Of a stretch of DNA of 64,000 nt, positions 1 through 8,902 are shown one piece after another. Origin of the DNA: a virus (lineage: Duplodnaviria > Heunggongvirae > Uroviricota > Caudoviricetes). The position numbers were made by a program, and so were the translations under genes. A model generated the notes under the pieces. That model had not been told where the DNA came from, made no database searches, and was given only the letters and a program-made list of their open reading frames with translations. Numbering within the stretch: the stretch's first letter is position 1; the number at the start of each line of letters is the position of its first letter. The stretch lies in the IMG/VR virus record IMGVR_UViG_3300028840_008157. One strand, given 5' to 3'.

Positions 1-1168
1 GAACGGCAACGAGATCAACGTCGCCGACCGGGCATTCAAGGTCAAGGGCAAGAATAACCTGTACTTCGAGGACAACGAAGCCGCCTTCCTGGTCCTCGCC
101 AAGATAATTGGCAGGGACCCGCGAGACCTCGGCCCGCTGACCGTCCTCAACATGGACGACCAACGGATCATCGACGCCCATGTCCGGCAGGGCGTATACT
201 ACGCCAACTGCGTGGACGAGTTCAGGAAGCAGAGGGAGACCAACGAAGCCCAGTTCTTCGACGAGGCGGGCAACCTGATGCCCATCGCCGATGACGCCAA
301 CAAGGAGACGAGGGCTTACTACAAGATGGTCGAGGACGGCATGGCCTTCGAGGCCAACCTCGACGAGAAGATGTACGAGTACGGGTCCACGTGCCGGAAA
401 TGCAGCAAGAGCAAGTCCGAGAACGTCGCGCTGCCAATCCGCCAAGCCTACAACGAGGCCGTCAAGGAGGCCCTTGAGGATCCCTCCTCCGTGTTCAAGC
501 GGAACGTCCGCGAGCTCTTCGGGATAGCGTACCTCGACGATGGAGAGGAGCAAATCGCCCGCGACGAGAAGGGCGACGCTTTCGTGTTCGGGTCCGTCGA
601 GGACGCCGAGGCGCACCTGGAGGCGTTCCGGAGCGAGCTATCCGACAACCTCGGGAAGCAGGTCGACGAGGTATACGTCAGGTCCCTCGGCGAGTTCGTC
701 CTTCCCTACGCGAAGCATCAAGATCCGGAAGCCCCGCACGTCGTCAACCAGGTTCGCTTCGAGGAGCACGTCCAGAAGACATGGGGCCCCGGCGGTCGCG
801 GGCTGGCCCCCGGCGAGGAACTGCCCGGCGTGGAGAAGCCAAGAACCGAGTGGACCGAGGAGGAGAAAAAGCGGTTCGAGCGTCCTCCTGACGTGCCGCT
901 CCCTGGACCCGGCGTTCGCGTCGAAGACCTCGAGAAAATCCCCAGGAAATACTGGGCCGAGCCCGAGCAGCCGGCTACGGAACCACAACCCCCACAACCC
1001 CAGCCTGAAACCAAACCCCAACCCTCGGGACCATCAGCTCTGCGACCCATCAAGTCGTCCGTCATCGAAAGGCTGATCGCGCTCGCCGACAAGCTCGACT
1101 CCTCCGGTCGGGACGGCGAGGCCGACGCCGTGGACCGGGTGTTGAGGGCGACATGTCGAAACCAGTAA
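1..1168 (+). CDS. Hypothetical phage protein, 5'-truncated; Pro-rich linker and C-terminal LADKLD-x2-G-x3-EADAVD motif
   Basis: Frame of the 152..1168 ORF is open back to position 2, so the start lies outside the window; phage-typical codon usage. Confidence 0.75.
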   Translation, partial: NGNEINVADRAFKVKGKNNLYFEDNEAAFLVLAKIIGRDPRDLGPLTVLNMDDQRIIDAHVRQGVYYANCVDEFRKQRETNEAQFFDEAGNLMPIADDANKETRAYYKMVEDGMAFEANLDEKMYEYGSTCRKCSKSKSENVALPIRQAYNEAVKEALEDPSSVFKRNVRELFGIAYLDDGEEQIARDEKGDAFVFGSVEDAEAHLEAFRSELSDNLGKQVDEVYVRSLGEFVLPYAKHQDPEAPHVVNQVRFEEHVQKTWGPGGRGLAPGEELPGVEKPRTEWTEEEKKRFERPPDVPLPGPGVRVEDLEKIPRKYWAEPEQPATEPQPPQPQPETKPQPSGPSALRPIKSSVIERLIALADKLDSSGRDGEADAVDRVLRATCRNQ

Positions 1169-1608
1169 CGAAATACGAACCTGGGATCCAGGACTGGGAC
1201 GCGCCCCCCTCCTCGGACGGGGACATATGCAACGTCGGGTTCGAGTGCGCCAAGAAGCTCTCGGAGATGACAGAGGAGGAGAAGGACGAGCTCTACCGTA
1301 AACACGTGGAGCATTGCAAGACGGTCGTCAGCAAGGACGTCGTGGAGCTAACCCCGACCCAGGTGTTCGAGGAGCCTCCCAAGAAGAAGAAACGTCAAAA
1401 GGCCAAGAACGCCGAGATGACGATGGGCGGGACCGTCGTCCCTGGCGAGGATTTCGACCTTCTGGTCTCGCTCGTCGGGGAGCAGGAAGCCGAGCGTCTC
1501 GCCGGTCCAAGGCCAAGGCCGGTCGACGACGGGGAGGTCGAGAGGAAGGAGATGGCGTCGAAGACGGCGGCGGAACGGAACGCGCTGGCTCGCTTCCGAT
1601 CCATATAG
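1153..1608 (+). CDS. Hypothetical protein
   Basis: 151-aa ORF overlapping the previous stop, with GAGG upstream of the ATG. Confidence 0.65.
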   Translation: MSKPVTKYEPGIQDWDAPPSSDGDICNVGFECAKKLSEMTEEEKDELYRKHVEHCKTVVSKDVVELTPTQVFEEPPKKKKRQKAKNAEMTMGGTVVPGEDFDLLVSLVGEQEAERLAGPRPRPVDDGEVERKEMASKTAAERNALARFRSI

Positions 1609-1678
1609 CAGGGATCCGGGACGGAAAGTCCTAAGTTATCTAAGTGGAAGGCCACGATATCAGAGGGTCGCTACCGGG

Positions 1679-4600
1679 ATGCTCTTAAAATACCACAAGC
1701 CAGTGCGCGGCAAGATCATGGCGATCCTCCAAGCGCCCGGGCAACACGTCGTCGAGGTCCCGAAACCCAGGGAAGAGCCCGTCGGCCATGAGGTGAAGTA
1801 CGCCGACGCCGTCGGACGCGAGATCAAGCAGGTCCTCGCCAGGAAGTTCGTGGGAGAGATCAAGCGTCGCGCCGACGGGACCGTCGACCTCGTCGCCGAG
1901 ATGGCGAAACACCCGGAGGCGCTCTGGGTCAGGGTCAAGGCCATCGAGGCCGACGTCCCAAACGACAACGGCGACCTCTTCTCCGAGGACGAGATCTCCA
2001 AGTCCTACCAGACGTTCGAAGGCGTCCCCGTCTTCACGAACCACGAGAACAACAAGGTCGAGGCCGCCAAGGGCAAGGTCGTCATGGCGGAGTGGGTGCC
2101 GGACGAGAAGTCCGTGTACTGCACGATGTTCATCGATCGGGAAGCCTTCCCGACCCTTTGCCGCGCCATCGAGGAAGGCTACATCACGGACGTGTCGATG
2201 GGCACCCAGGTCGACTACTCCACGTGTAGCATCTGCGAAAACAAGGCGATCACGGCGGCCGACTACTGCGACCACGTCAAGACGATGAAGGGCCGCACGA
2301 TCAACGGCAAGCAGGTGTTCGAGCGAAACTACGGCCTGAAGTTCATCGAGATCAGCGTCGTCACGGACGGTGCCTGCAAGGATTGCACGATCCGCGACGT
2401 TCTCGACCCCGAGGATTTCGTGGAGCAGGCCGGCGAGCTACAGAAGGCCGCCGAGTCCATGGAGCGCGTCGTCAAGACCGGGGACCGCGTCGAGCAGGAC
2501 GACCTCGGGTCGCTCCTGTCCGGCATGAAGGATTTGGCGTCCTCGGAGCTCATGACGAAGGTCGCCGGCCAGGATGAGATCTCCAAGCTCAACCAGGCCA
2601 TGGACTTGGTCCAGGACGTCGCCCAGACGATGCTGAGCCAGCGCCAGTACATCGACCTGGAATTCCTCGAGGACGTCGTCAAGGTCCTCGCCGACTTGCA
2701 ACACGTCAACGACGAGCTCGTCGACCAGGGCTACGGCCGCGTCGGCGAGCCGCAGCAGCCAGGCGTGCCGCCGATGCCGGAGGCCCCCGGAGCGCCACCG
2801 ATGCCAGGGCAGGAATCCGCCCCGGCCGCGCCGAACGAAACAATGGTACCCGCCCCGGGAGGGGTCGGGAAAGTCACGGAGCCCGCCATGGCGTCGAACG
2901 ACAAGGAGACGCGCCTCTCGTCGTCTATAAAGGATTTGCACGAGAAAGCGCAGAAAATTTACGAAGAGGCTAGGGCCGAAGCGAGCTCTCGCGTCGGCGG
3001 CAATGGAGGCCAAGAGCCAGTGAATACCACCGAAAAGCGACAGGAAACCGTCAAGAAGCTCGCGCACGTCTGGAAGAACCCCTGCGTCAGGGGATTCAAG
3101 GCCGAGTTCTCCGAGGGCCCGTTGAAGATCATCATCGGGGACGAGGAGGTCTATGGAATGCGAGGCGCGCAGAAGATCGCTTCCCTCAAGATCGCCGATC
3201 TTGAAGATGACATCCGCGACGTCATCGACAAGGACCCCAAGTTCGCCGGGGCCGAGATGTTGACGGCCCTGAAGAAGCTCGCCGAGTCCGCCCCGAGCAA
3301 CACGGCCGAGCAGCAATCGGACACCATGGAGGCGCAACTGGAGAGCCAGCGCGTCCCGCTGCATCCCCGGACCGACGAGATCCGCCAGTCGATCACCGAG
3401 GACCAGCTCAGGGAGAAGCAGCGCGGGTACGACAAGCACGCCCGGGACAACGACCCCCGCGACGTCATAACGGAGGCCCAGCTCCCCGACGAGCGCCAGG
3501 ACGCCCCTCGCGACGAGGTCATGGAAGGGCAGCTCCGCGACAAGGGCATCGAGGGCAACCAGACGCCGGCCGACAGGGATTCCTACGCCGCCGGCGTGAC
3601 CGACCAGAAGCAACAGATCACCGAACGACAGATCAACGACTGGCGGGAGTCCGACGAGGCTCACCGCCCGGAAACCATCACGGAAGACCAGCTCAAGAGC
3701 GATCAGGGCGAGCCGTGGGGACGCCGCATCGCGTCGAAGGAGGACGCGAGGAAGGCGCTCGCCGCGGGGATGCAGGCGTTCGTCAGGACGGCGAAAGCCA
3801 CTGGGGCGACCCCAGCCGAGATCGTCTCCTCCGTTTCGGAGTTCGTCGCCTCGCCGCGTAACGCGGTCAAGGCGACCAACTTCATCGAGGCCTCGAAAGT
3901 GGGCCAAGATGGACGCGAGACGATGCTCCGCAGGGCTGCGTTCCACGGGACGCCCCGCGACTCGTCCAGGCTTTCCGTGCAAAACTACCTGCTCGGCAGT
4001 CTTTCCGACGTCGGCCTCCGCGGCGAGGTCGGGCTGAAGATCGCCGAGACGATCTCCTCCCAGAAGGACGCCCCCGACAAGATCGCCGAGGCGGTCAAGG
4101 CTTGGAAATCCTCCGAAGAGGCGAAGGACGAGCCCAACGCGGCGGAGTTCCTCCGCGAGGCGCTCGCCGAGGACTCCGAGGAGGTCGTGAAGGTCATCCT
4201 GGCGTCAAGCGACGTGAAGGGCGAAGGCGAGAAGTGGGTCGAGTCGGCCTACGACGCCGCCACGAAGATCGCCGCCAACCAGGGGATCGAGGTCTCCAAG
4301 CGAGTACAAGTCCAGAAGAAGGCCGACGGAAGCGTCGAGGTCAACCTCATGGGCCGCAAGGCTTCCGGCGACAAGAAGGTCAAGGTCGCCGAGAAGAAAG
4401 AGGCGGACCTGAAGGAGCGCAAGGAAGCCCGGCGCAAGGTCGCCCAGATGCCCGCGGGCGGGATGCCCGCTGGCCCGGACCCCATGGGAGCCCCAGGCGG
4501 GACGACGATGCCGATGCCGCCCGCGGCTGGCGACCCGACGGCCGCCCCCCCGGTTAGCGCGCTCGGCGAGCCGCCCGAGGCCGGCCTGGAAGAGGAGCCG

Positions 4601-5245
4601 ATGGAGGGCGAGGCGCTTCCGCCAGGAAGCATTTGCCCGGCCTGTGGTTCCGACGACGTCGACATGAAGGGCGGCGACTTCAACTGCAACCAGTGCGGCT
4701 CGACCGGACACATCACGGTCAAGATCGACATGGACACGTGGCCCGGGTCGATCGAGGAGAAGAACCCGGCCGAGAAGGCCGAGATGGAGGAGGAGGGGCT
4801 CGGCGAGGAAGGCGGGGAGATACCGCCGGCCGGGCTGCCCCCCGTCGGGATCGCCGCTTCGTACAAGGTGACCCCGGAGATGGTCAAGAAGGCCGGCAGC
4901 GAGAAGTCGCCGATCGGACGGTTCTGCCCGCATTGCGGGTCGAGCAAGGTCAAGTTGGCCGCGAAGGCCGGTTCCGGGAACGGCACGTGCGAGTCCTGCA
5001 AGGGCGCGTACGGGTTCGACACCTTCGTCCAGGAAGGGACCAACGACATCTGGGCGAGGATCGAGTGGCAGGACCGAGGCCGAAAGTCGCGGTTCGCCGC
5101 CAAGCCCAAGGCGTGCAACCCCAAGAAGGCGAAGCTCGAGGCGGCCCTCAAGTCGAAGGGACTCGTGAAAAAGTTCGCCAGCGCCGACGTCGCCGGGAAG
5201 GCGAAGATCATCGCCGACCTGCACGACGAGGGGGTCCTTGCCTGA
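1679..5245 (+). CDS. Prohead (capsid maturation) protease with long C-terminal scaffold-like region
   Basis: N-terminal NDNGD..F, NH, VSMG, CSIC..CDH and FIEISVV motifs resemble HK97-type phage prohead proteases; lies upstream of the capsid genes; C-terminal TExQL repeats and CxxC zinc ribbons. Confidence 0.75.
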   Translation: MLLKYHKPVRGKIMAILQAPGQHVVEVPKPREEPVGHEVKYADAVGREIKQVLARKFVGEIKRRADGTVDLVAEMAKHPEALWVRVKAIEADVPNDNGDLFSEDEISKSYQTFEGVPVFTNHENNKVEAAKGKVVMAEWVPDEKSVYCTMFIDREAFPTLCRAIEEGYITDVSMGTQVDYSTCSICENKAITAADYCDHVKTMKGRTINGKQVFERNYGLKFIEISVVTDGACKDCTIRDVLDPEDFVEQAGELQKAAESMERVVKTGDRVEQDDLGSLLSGMKDLASSELMTKVAGQDEISKLNQAMDLVQDVAQTMLSQRQYIDLEFLEDVVKVLADLQHVNDELVDQGYGRVGEPQQPGVPPMPEAPGAPPMPGQESAPAAPNETMVPAPGGVGKVTEPAMASNDKETRLSSSIKDLHEKAQKIYEEARAEASSRVGGNGGQEPVNTTEKRQETVKKLAHVWKNPCVRGFKAEFSEGPLKIIIGDEEVYGMRGAQKIASLKIADLEDDIRDVIDKDPKFAGAEMLTALKKLAESAPSNTAEQQSDTMEAQLESQRVPLHPRTDEIRQSITEDQLREKQRGYDKHARDNDPRDVITEAQLPDERQDAPRDEVMEGQLRDKGIEGNQTPADRDSYAAGVTDQKQQITERQINDWRESDEAHRPETITEDQLKSDQGEPWGRRIASKEDARKALAAGMQAFVRTAKATGATPAEIVSSVSEFVASPRNAVKATNFIEASKVGQDGRETMLRRAAFHGTPRDSSRLSVQNYLLGSLSDVGLRGEVGLKIAETISSQKDAPDKIAEAVKAWKSSEEAKDEPNAAEFLREALAEDSEEVVKVILASSDVKGEGEKWVESAYDAATKIAANQGIEVSKRVQVQKKADGSVEVNLMGRKASGDKKVKVAEKKEADLKERKEARRKVAQMPAGGMPAGPDPMGAPGGTTMPMPPAAGDPTAAPPVSALGEPPEAGLEEEPMEGEALPPGSICPACGSDDVDMKGGDFNCNQCGSTGHITVKIDMDTWPGSIEEKNPAEKAEMEEEGLGEEGGEIPPAGLPPVGIAASYKVTPEMVKKAGSEKSPIGRFCPHCGSSKVKLAAKAGSGNGTCESCKGAYGFDTFVQEGTNDIWARIEWQDRGRKSRFAAKPKACNPKKAKLEAALKSKGLVKKFASADVAGKAKIIADLHDEGVLA
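2931..2955 (+). promoter_or_regulatory. Internal sigma-H-like promoter (AGGATTT...AGAAAA)
   Basis: AGG-N19-GAA match in a locally AT-rich patch, 65 nt upstream of the in-frame GTG at 3020, which is preceded by GGAGG. Confidence 0.6.
3020..5245 (+). CDS. Putative nested scaffold protein from an in-frame internal start in the protease gene
   Basis: GGAGG at 3005-3009, in-frame GTG at 3020, own promoter motif at 2931-2955. Confidence 0.5.
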   Translation: MNTTEKRQETVKKLAHVWKNPCVRGFKAEFSEGPLKIIIGDEEVYGMRGAQKIASLKIADLEDDIRDVIDKDPKFAGAEMLTALKKLAESAPSNTAEQQSDTMEAQLESQRVPLHPRTDEIRQSITEDQLREKQRGYDKHARDNDPRDVITEAQLPDERQDAPRDEVMEGQLRDKGIEGNQTPADRDSYAAGVTDQKQQITERQINDWRESDEAHRPETITEDQLKSDQGEPWGRRIASKEDARKALAAGMQAFVRTAKATGATPAEIVSSVSEFVASPRNAVKATNFIEASKVGQDGRETMLRRAAFHGTPRDSSRLSVQNYLLGSLSDVGLRGEVGLKIAETISSQKDAPDKIAEAVKAWKSSEEAKDEPNAAEFLREALAEDSEEVVKVILASSDVKGEGEKWVESAYDAATKIAANQGIEVSKRVQVQKKADGSVEVNLMGRKASGDKKVKVAEKKEADLKERKEARRKVAQMPAGGMPAGPDPMGAPGGTTMPMPPAAGDPTAAPPVSALGEPPEAGLEEEPMEGEALPPGSICPACGSDDVDMKGGDFNCNQCGSTGHITVKIDMDTWPGSIEEKNPAEKAEMEEEGLGEEGGEIPPAGLPPVGIAASYKVTPEMVKKAGSEKSPIGRFCPHCGSSKVKLAAKAGSGNGTCESCKGAYGFDTFVQEGTNDIWARIEWQDRGRKSRFAAKPKACNPKKAKLEAALKSKGLVKKFASADVAGKAKIIADLHDEGVLA

Positions 5246-5303
5246 ACAAGGGCTGAAACAAGGAACGATAGATCGAAACGTAACACGTAAAGGAGATTGG
5301 GAG

Positions 5304-8195
5304 ATGCGGAAGAAGGCCGAGAAGACGCTCACGGACGGCGGCAAGTTCCCCATCGAGAGTTGCCGCGAGCGCATCGCGCGCCGATACGGCCAGGACGCCG
5401 TCGCGCTGAGCGGGCCCTGCGAGGGGACGTCGCTCGTGGATTGCGTCTGCCAACAGCTCGAGGACAGGTGGGACAAGGTCGGCCCGAGGCTCGCCGGAAG
5501 CGAGAAGAAGGCCGTCAAGGTCGCCATGCGCCTCGCGGAGAGCTACTCCGCCAAGGACGACACGGACGCCTGCGTCTCCGATCTCCAGAAGATCGGCTAC
5601 GAGAAGACCGCCGCCGCCGGGATCGCCGACTACATGAAGGCTTTCGCGATGGATCGGGTCGCCCAGGACGAGCTCGACGAGATCGTCGGCGTCGTCTCCG
5701 AGGAAGACGAGCCCGAGGTCGGTGACGACATGGGGTTCGACGACATCGACGAGGAAGTCGGACCGCCCGTCGAGGAAGACGTCGTTCCCGAGGCCGAGGA
5801 GGAGGTCGAGGTCGACCTCGAGCCGGCCGAGGAACTACCGGCCGAGCTACCGACCGTCGGGGGCGAGGAGACCGTGACGATCGAGCTCCCGCAGGAGGTC
5901 GCCGACGAGCTCATGGCCGCCATCTCCGGGGCCACCGAGGACGTCGATGTTGTCGACGATGACATCGTCGAGCTCGATACGGAAGAGGTTCCCGGGGAGC
6001 CCGTCGAGCTCCAGGAGCCAGGCGAGCAGGTCGTGACCGGCGAGCCGGCCATCGAGGAAGCGGCCGCTGGCGGAGACGAGCACGACGAGGACGAGCCTCA
6101 TTTCCCACACGAGACTCCCGAGGAGCATGAGGCCCACGAGAAGGCCGAAACCCCCGAGGAGGAGAAGAAGGAGCACGAGTCCGGCGAGCCCGAGAGCGAG
6201 GAGTCCAAGGAACACGTCGAGGAGATGAAGGAGCGGGTCGAGGATAAAGGTGAGGACGAGGACGAGGACGAGAAGGAGGAGAAGGAGGCCGCGCTGATGC
6301 TTCGCGGCGGACGCCTTCGCCGAGTCGGCCAGACGATCCTGCGTCTCGGGCCCGAGATGTCCCTTAACAATACCGACCAACAGGCCGGTGGCAAGCCCCT
6401 TGGAACCGCCAAGGAGAAGACCGTCGAGAAGCCGGAGCCGATCGCCGACGGGAACCTCGAGACCGAGGGTTACTCGGCTGGCGACAAGAAGTTCCAGGAC
6501 GGAAGTACGATGGGCAAGGAACCCCCATTCGACCCGAAGACCGTTTCCAAGGAGGAGGTCAGCAAGGGCGACGCGAGCCTCATGGGCAAGGACGAGTCCG
6601 TCCCCCGTGGCGACCCGGACGTCCCGGCCGGCAGCTCCCCCTTGGGCCACGAGCCGTGGCAAGGAGGTGACGTGAGCACCAAGGGCACCGTGATCGCGAC
6701 GTTCACCCCCAAGGGTCTCGTCGTCGAGACGCCGGAAGGCAAGAAGTTCCTGGCCAAGGCGGCCATGAAGCAGGTCACGCCGGAGCTCGTCGAGAGCGTC
6801 GGCAAGATCCCCTACGAGGGCGACGGCCGCAAGTTCGCCGCCACCGCCCTGAAGCTCATCCGCGAGTCCAAGTGCGTCTGCGAGGAGGGCGTGACGAAGA
6901 CCGACACGTCCAAGCTCGAGGCGACGAACTTCACGAACGACGCCAAGAAGAAGCCCGACGAGGGAGGCGCCGTCGCCGGGGAGAAGGGATCTCCCGCCCC
7001 GCAGGAGGAGGGCGTAACCAAGATCGACACCTCGAAGCTCGAGGCGACGAAGTTCACCAACGACGAGGAGAAGAAGGCCGAGGCCGAGAAGAACATCGCG
7101 ACGCTCATCAAGCAGGCCAAGTACCTCAAGGACGTCGAGTGCAACGACGAGCTCCTCGGCATCTTCGCCAAGAACCTGAGGACGGCCTGGAGGGACGTCC
7201 CACAAGTCCAGTACGACCCCGAGGAAGAGGCGCGGTTGTCCTCCCCCATGGGTCCTCTCCCAGACGAGGTACCCGGCAGGAGGGATCTCGAGTCCGAGAT
7301 CGACAGCATCAGCAGGCAGATCGGGCAGCTCCTCAAGAAAAAGGGCCCTCGCGGCATCATGGGACTCGCTGAGCTGAAGAAGATGCTCAGGGAGCTCCAG
7401 GAAAAGGAAGACTGGCCGCGCGAGGAGGAGGAAGACGAGTACTTCATGGGGCAGCAGATCGGAGCCAGCTCCGACAAGGCCGTCAAGACCGCCGAGGACA
7501 AGAAGGTCAAGGCTCCCGAGCCCGTCCAGGAGAACATGGAGCCAGAGGGTTACACGGCCGGCGGCAAGAAGGTTCAGGACGGGAAGACCATGGGCAAGGA
7601 GCCCAAGTTCGACCCCCACGAGGTCTCGAAGGAGGAGGTCAGCGGCGGCGACTCAAGCCTGATGGGCAACGAGCAAAGGGACTTGGGTCCGAAGCCCGAT
7701 TCCCCGAAGGACATGCCCGAGGTCCCGGCGGGAGCCGGCCAGATGGGGCATGAGACTTGGGACGGCGGCAACGTCGAGACCAAGGGAACCGTGATCGCGA
7801 GCGAGGAGATCATCAGGAAACGCGAGGCCGAGGCTCGGCAGAAGGCCGAGAACGAGGCCAAGGTCCGGGAGGCGCGCTTGGCCTCCGCGGCCGCCCTCGC
7901 AGCGGACATGCTAAGGCACGGCGAGATCGAGGAGAAGGAGTACAAGGACAAGGTCGACGAGCTCTCCAAGATGCCGGTGCCGGCGATACAGCAGCTCGCC
8001 CTGTCGGTGCGCCAGACGCGCCAGCGCATGGCGAGCAAGATGGCCGCCCAGGAGGAGAAGCCGTCGAAGACGGCTGGCCTGAGCGTCCCGATCATTCCTC
8101 AAAACGCGAACGAGGAGAAGTCGCTCGTCGAGCGGCTGATCCCCCAGTTCAAGCTGTCGAGACAACTAAACGCCCTGGATGACATGAAGAGCTAA
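5304..8195 (+). CDS. Very acidic scaffold or internal head protein with internal repeats
   Basis: AAGGAG/GGGAG before the ATG at 5304; Glu/Asp-rich; duplicated ~80-aa and 20-aa segments; coiled-coil C-terminus; sits between protease and capsid genes. Confidence 0.65.
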   Translation: MRKKAEKTLTDGGKFPIESCRERIARRYGQDAVALSGPCEGTSLVDCVCQQLEDRWDKVGPRLAGSEKKAVKVAMRLAESYSAKDDTDACVSDLQKIGYEKTAAAGIADYMKAFAMDRVAQDELDEIVGVVSEEDEPEVGDDMGFDDIDEEVGPPVEEDVVPEAEEEVEVDLEPAEELPAELPTVGGEETVTIELPQEVADELMAAISGATEDVDVVDDDIVELDTEEVPGEPVELQEPGEQVVTGEPAIEEAAAGGDEHDEDEPHFPHETPEEHEAHEKAETPEEEKKEHESGEPESEESKEHVEEMKERVEDKGEDEDEDEKEEKEAALMLRGGRLRRVGQTILRLGPEMSLNNTDQQAGGKPLGTAKEKTVEKPEPIADGNLETEGYSAGDKKFQDGSTMGKEPPFDPKTVSKEEVSKGDASLMGKDESVPRGDPDVPAGSSPLGHEPWQGGDVSTKGTVIATFTPKGLVVETPEGKKFLAKAAMKQVTPELVESVGKIPYEGDGRKFAATALKLIRESKCVCEEGVTKTDTSKLEATNFTNDAKKKPDEGGAVAGEKGSPAPQEEGVTKIDTSKLEATKFTNDEEKKAEAEKNIATLIKQAKYLKDVECNDELLGIFAKNLRTAWRDVPQVQYDPEEEARLSSPMGPLPDEVPGRRDLESEIDSISRQIGQLLKKKGPRGIMGLAELKKMLRELQEKEDWPREEEEDEYFMGQQIGASSDKAVKTAEDKKVKAPEPVQENMEPEGYTAGGKKVQDGKTMGKEPKFDPHEVSKEEVSGGDSSLMGNEQRDLGPKPDSPKDMPEVPAGAGQMGHETWDGGNVETKGTVIASEEIIRKREAEARQKAENEAKVREARLASAAALAADMLRHGEIEEKEYKDKVDELSKMPVPAIQQLALSVRQTRQRMASKMAAQEEKPSKTAGLSVPIIPQNANEEKSLVERLIPQFKLSRQLNALDDMKS

Positions 8196-8209
8196 CGTGC
8201 CCTTGATGC

Positions 8210-8234
8210 AGGAACACGGCTGGCGGCCGGCGAA
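8210..8234 (+). promoter_or_regulatory. Sigma-H-like promoter for decoration and capsid genes
   Basis: AGGA-N18-GAA in the intergenic gap. Confidence 0.6.
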
Positions 8235-8288
8235 GATAAAGGGTGGCTGACCGCCAAGGACGAAGACACAGGAGAGAGGAATACAAAA

Positions 8289-8804
8289 ATGGCCCTTATC
8301 GAGAAATACCATGTCGTGGCCGCGTTCTACCCGGTCAAGGCTGGCGAGGAAATCATCGAGGGCATGTGGGGCAAGCTCGACTCGAACGGAGAGCTGGTCC
8401 TTGCCACCGGTGCGAGCGGCGAGTACGCCATCGGCGTGTGCGGCGACACGAAGTCGACGAGCACGTCCGGCCTACCGTCCACGAACGCCTCCAGTCAGGG
8501 CGCGTTCGTCAACCGCGTCTCGGACATGTACGACGAGACCAAGGCTTCCGGCAAGATGACGGTCTACATGAGCGGCGGCGAGTTCGCCACCAATCAGTAC
8601 GAGACCGACGTCGGGTCGGCGGTCCCAAGCGATCCGCTGTACGTGAGCAGCAACGGCAAGCTCCAGGCCGCCGCTTCCACGTCCGCGCAGATCGTGGCTC
8701 GCCTGACGAAGGCGGCCGGCGCGTACGACTCCGGCGTTCCGGGGTTGGACGTCAACGGCAGCTTGACCCTCGGCAACTACTGCGAGTTCAAGCTGGTCCT
8801 CTAG
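8289..8804 (+). CDS. Head decoration/cement protein
   Basis: 171-aa Gly/Ala/Ser/Thr-rich protein directly upstream of the MCP; strong RBS (GAGAGGA); ends TAG TAG TGA. Confidence 0.6.
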   Translation: MALIEKYHVVAAFYPVKAGEEIIEGMWGKLDSNGELVLATGASGEYAIGVCGDTKSTSTSGLPSTNASSQGAFVNRVSDMYDETKASGKMTVYMSGGEFATNQYETDVGSAVPSDPLYVSSNGKLQAAASTSAQIVARLTKAAGAYDSGVPGLDVNGSLTLGNYCEFKLVL

Positions 8805-8902
8805 TAGTGACCAAATAGGGGGCCAGCCGTGCTGGCCCCTCTCAAATAGGTTGGCCATCCGCCACGGAAAAACCGTACGGGGCCTATCAGAGAGGAAGAG
8901 CA

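Noticed and set aside
1609-1678. GGGACGGAAAG..TCTAAG..GCTACCG faintly resembles a c-di-GMP-I riboswitch or the RNase P GGAAAGUCC motif
   Set aside because: No GGCAAA/GNRA first hairpin, and far too short for RNase P RNA
2438-7619. Long antisense ORFs (514, 440 and 590 aa) opposite the head genes, and similar ones elsewhere
   Set aside because: Shadow ORFs expected from high GC3 codon bias; no RBS or recognisable motifs
8802-8810. TAG TAG TGA triple stop suggesting stop-codon recoding
   Set aside because: Genes are intact under code 11 and TAG, TGA and TAA all terminate well-defined genes; likely only a read-through safeguard
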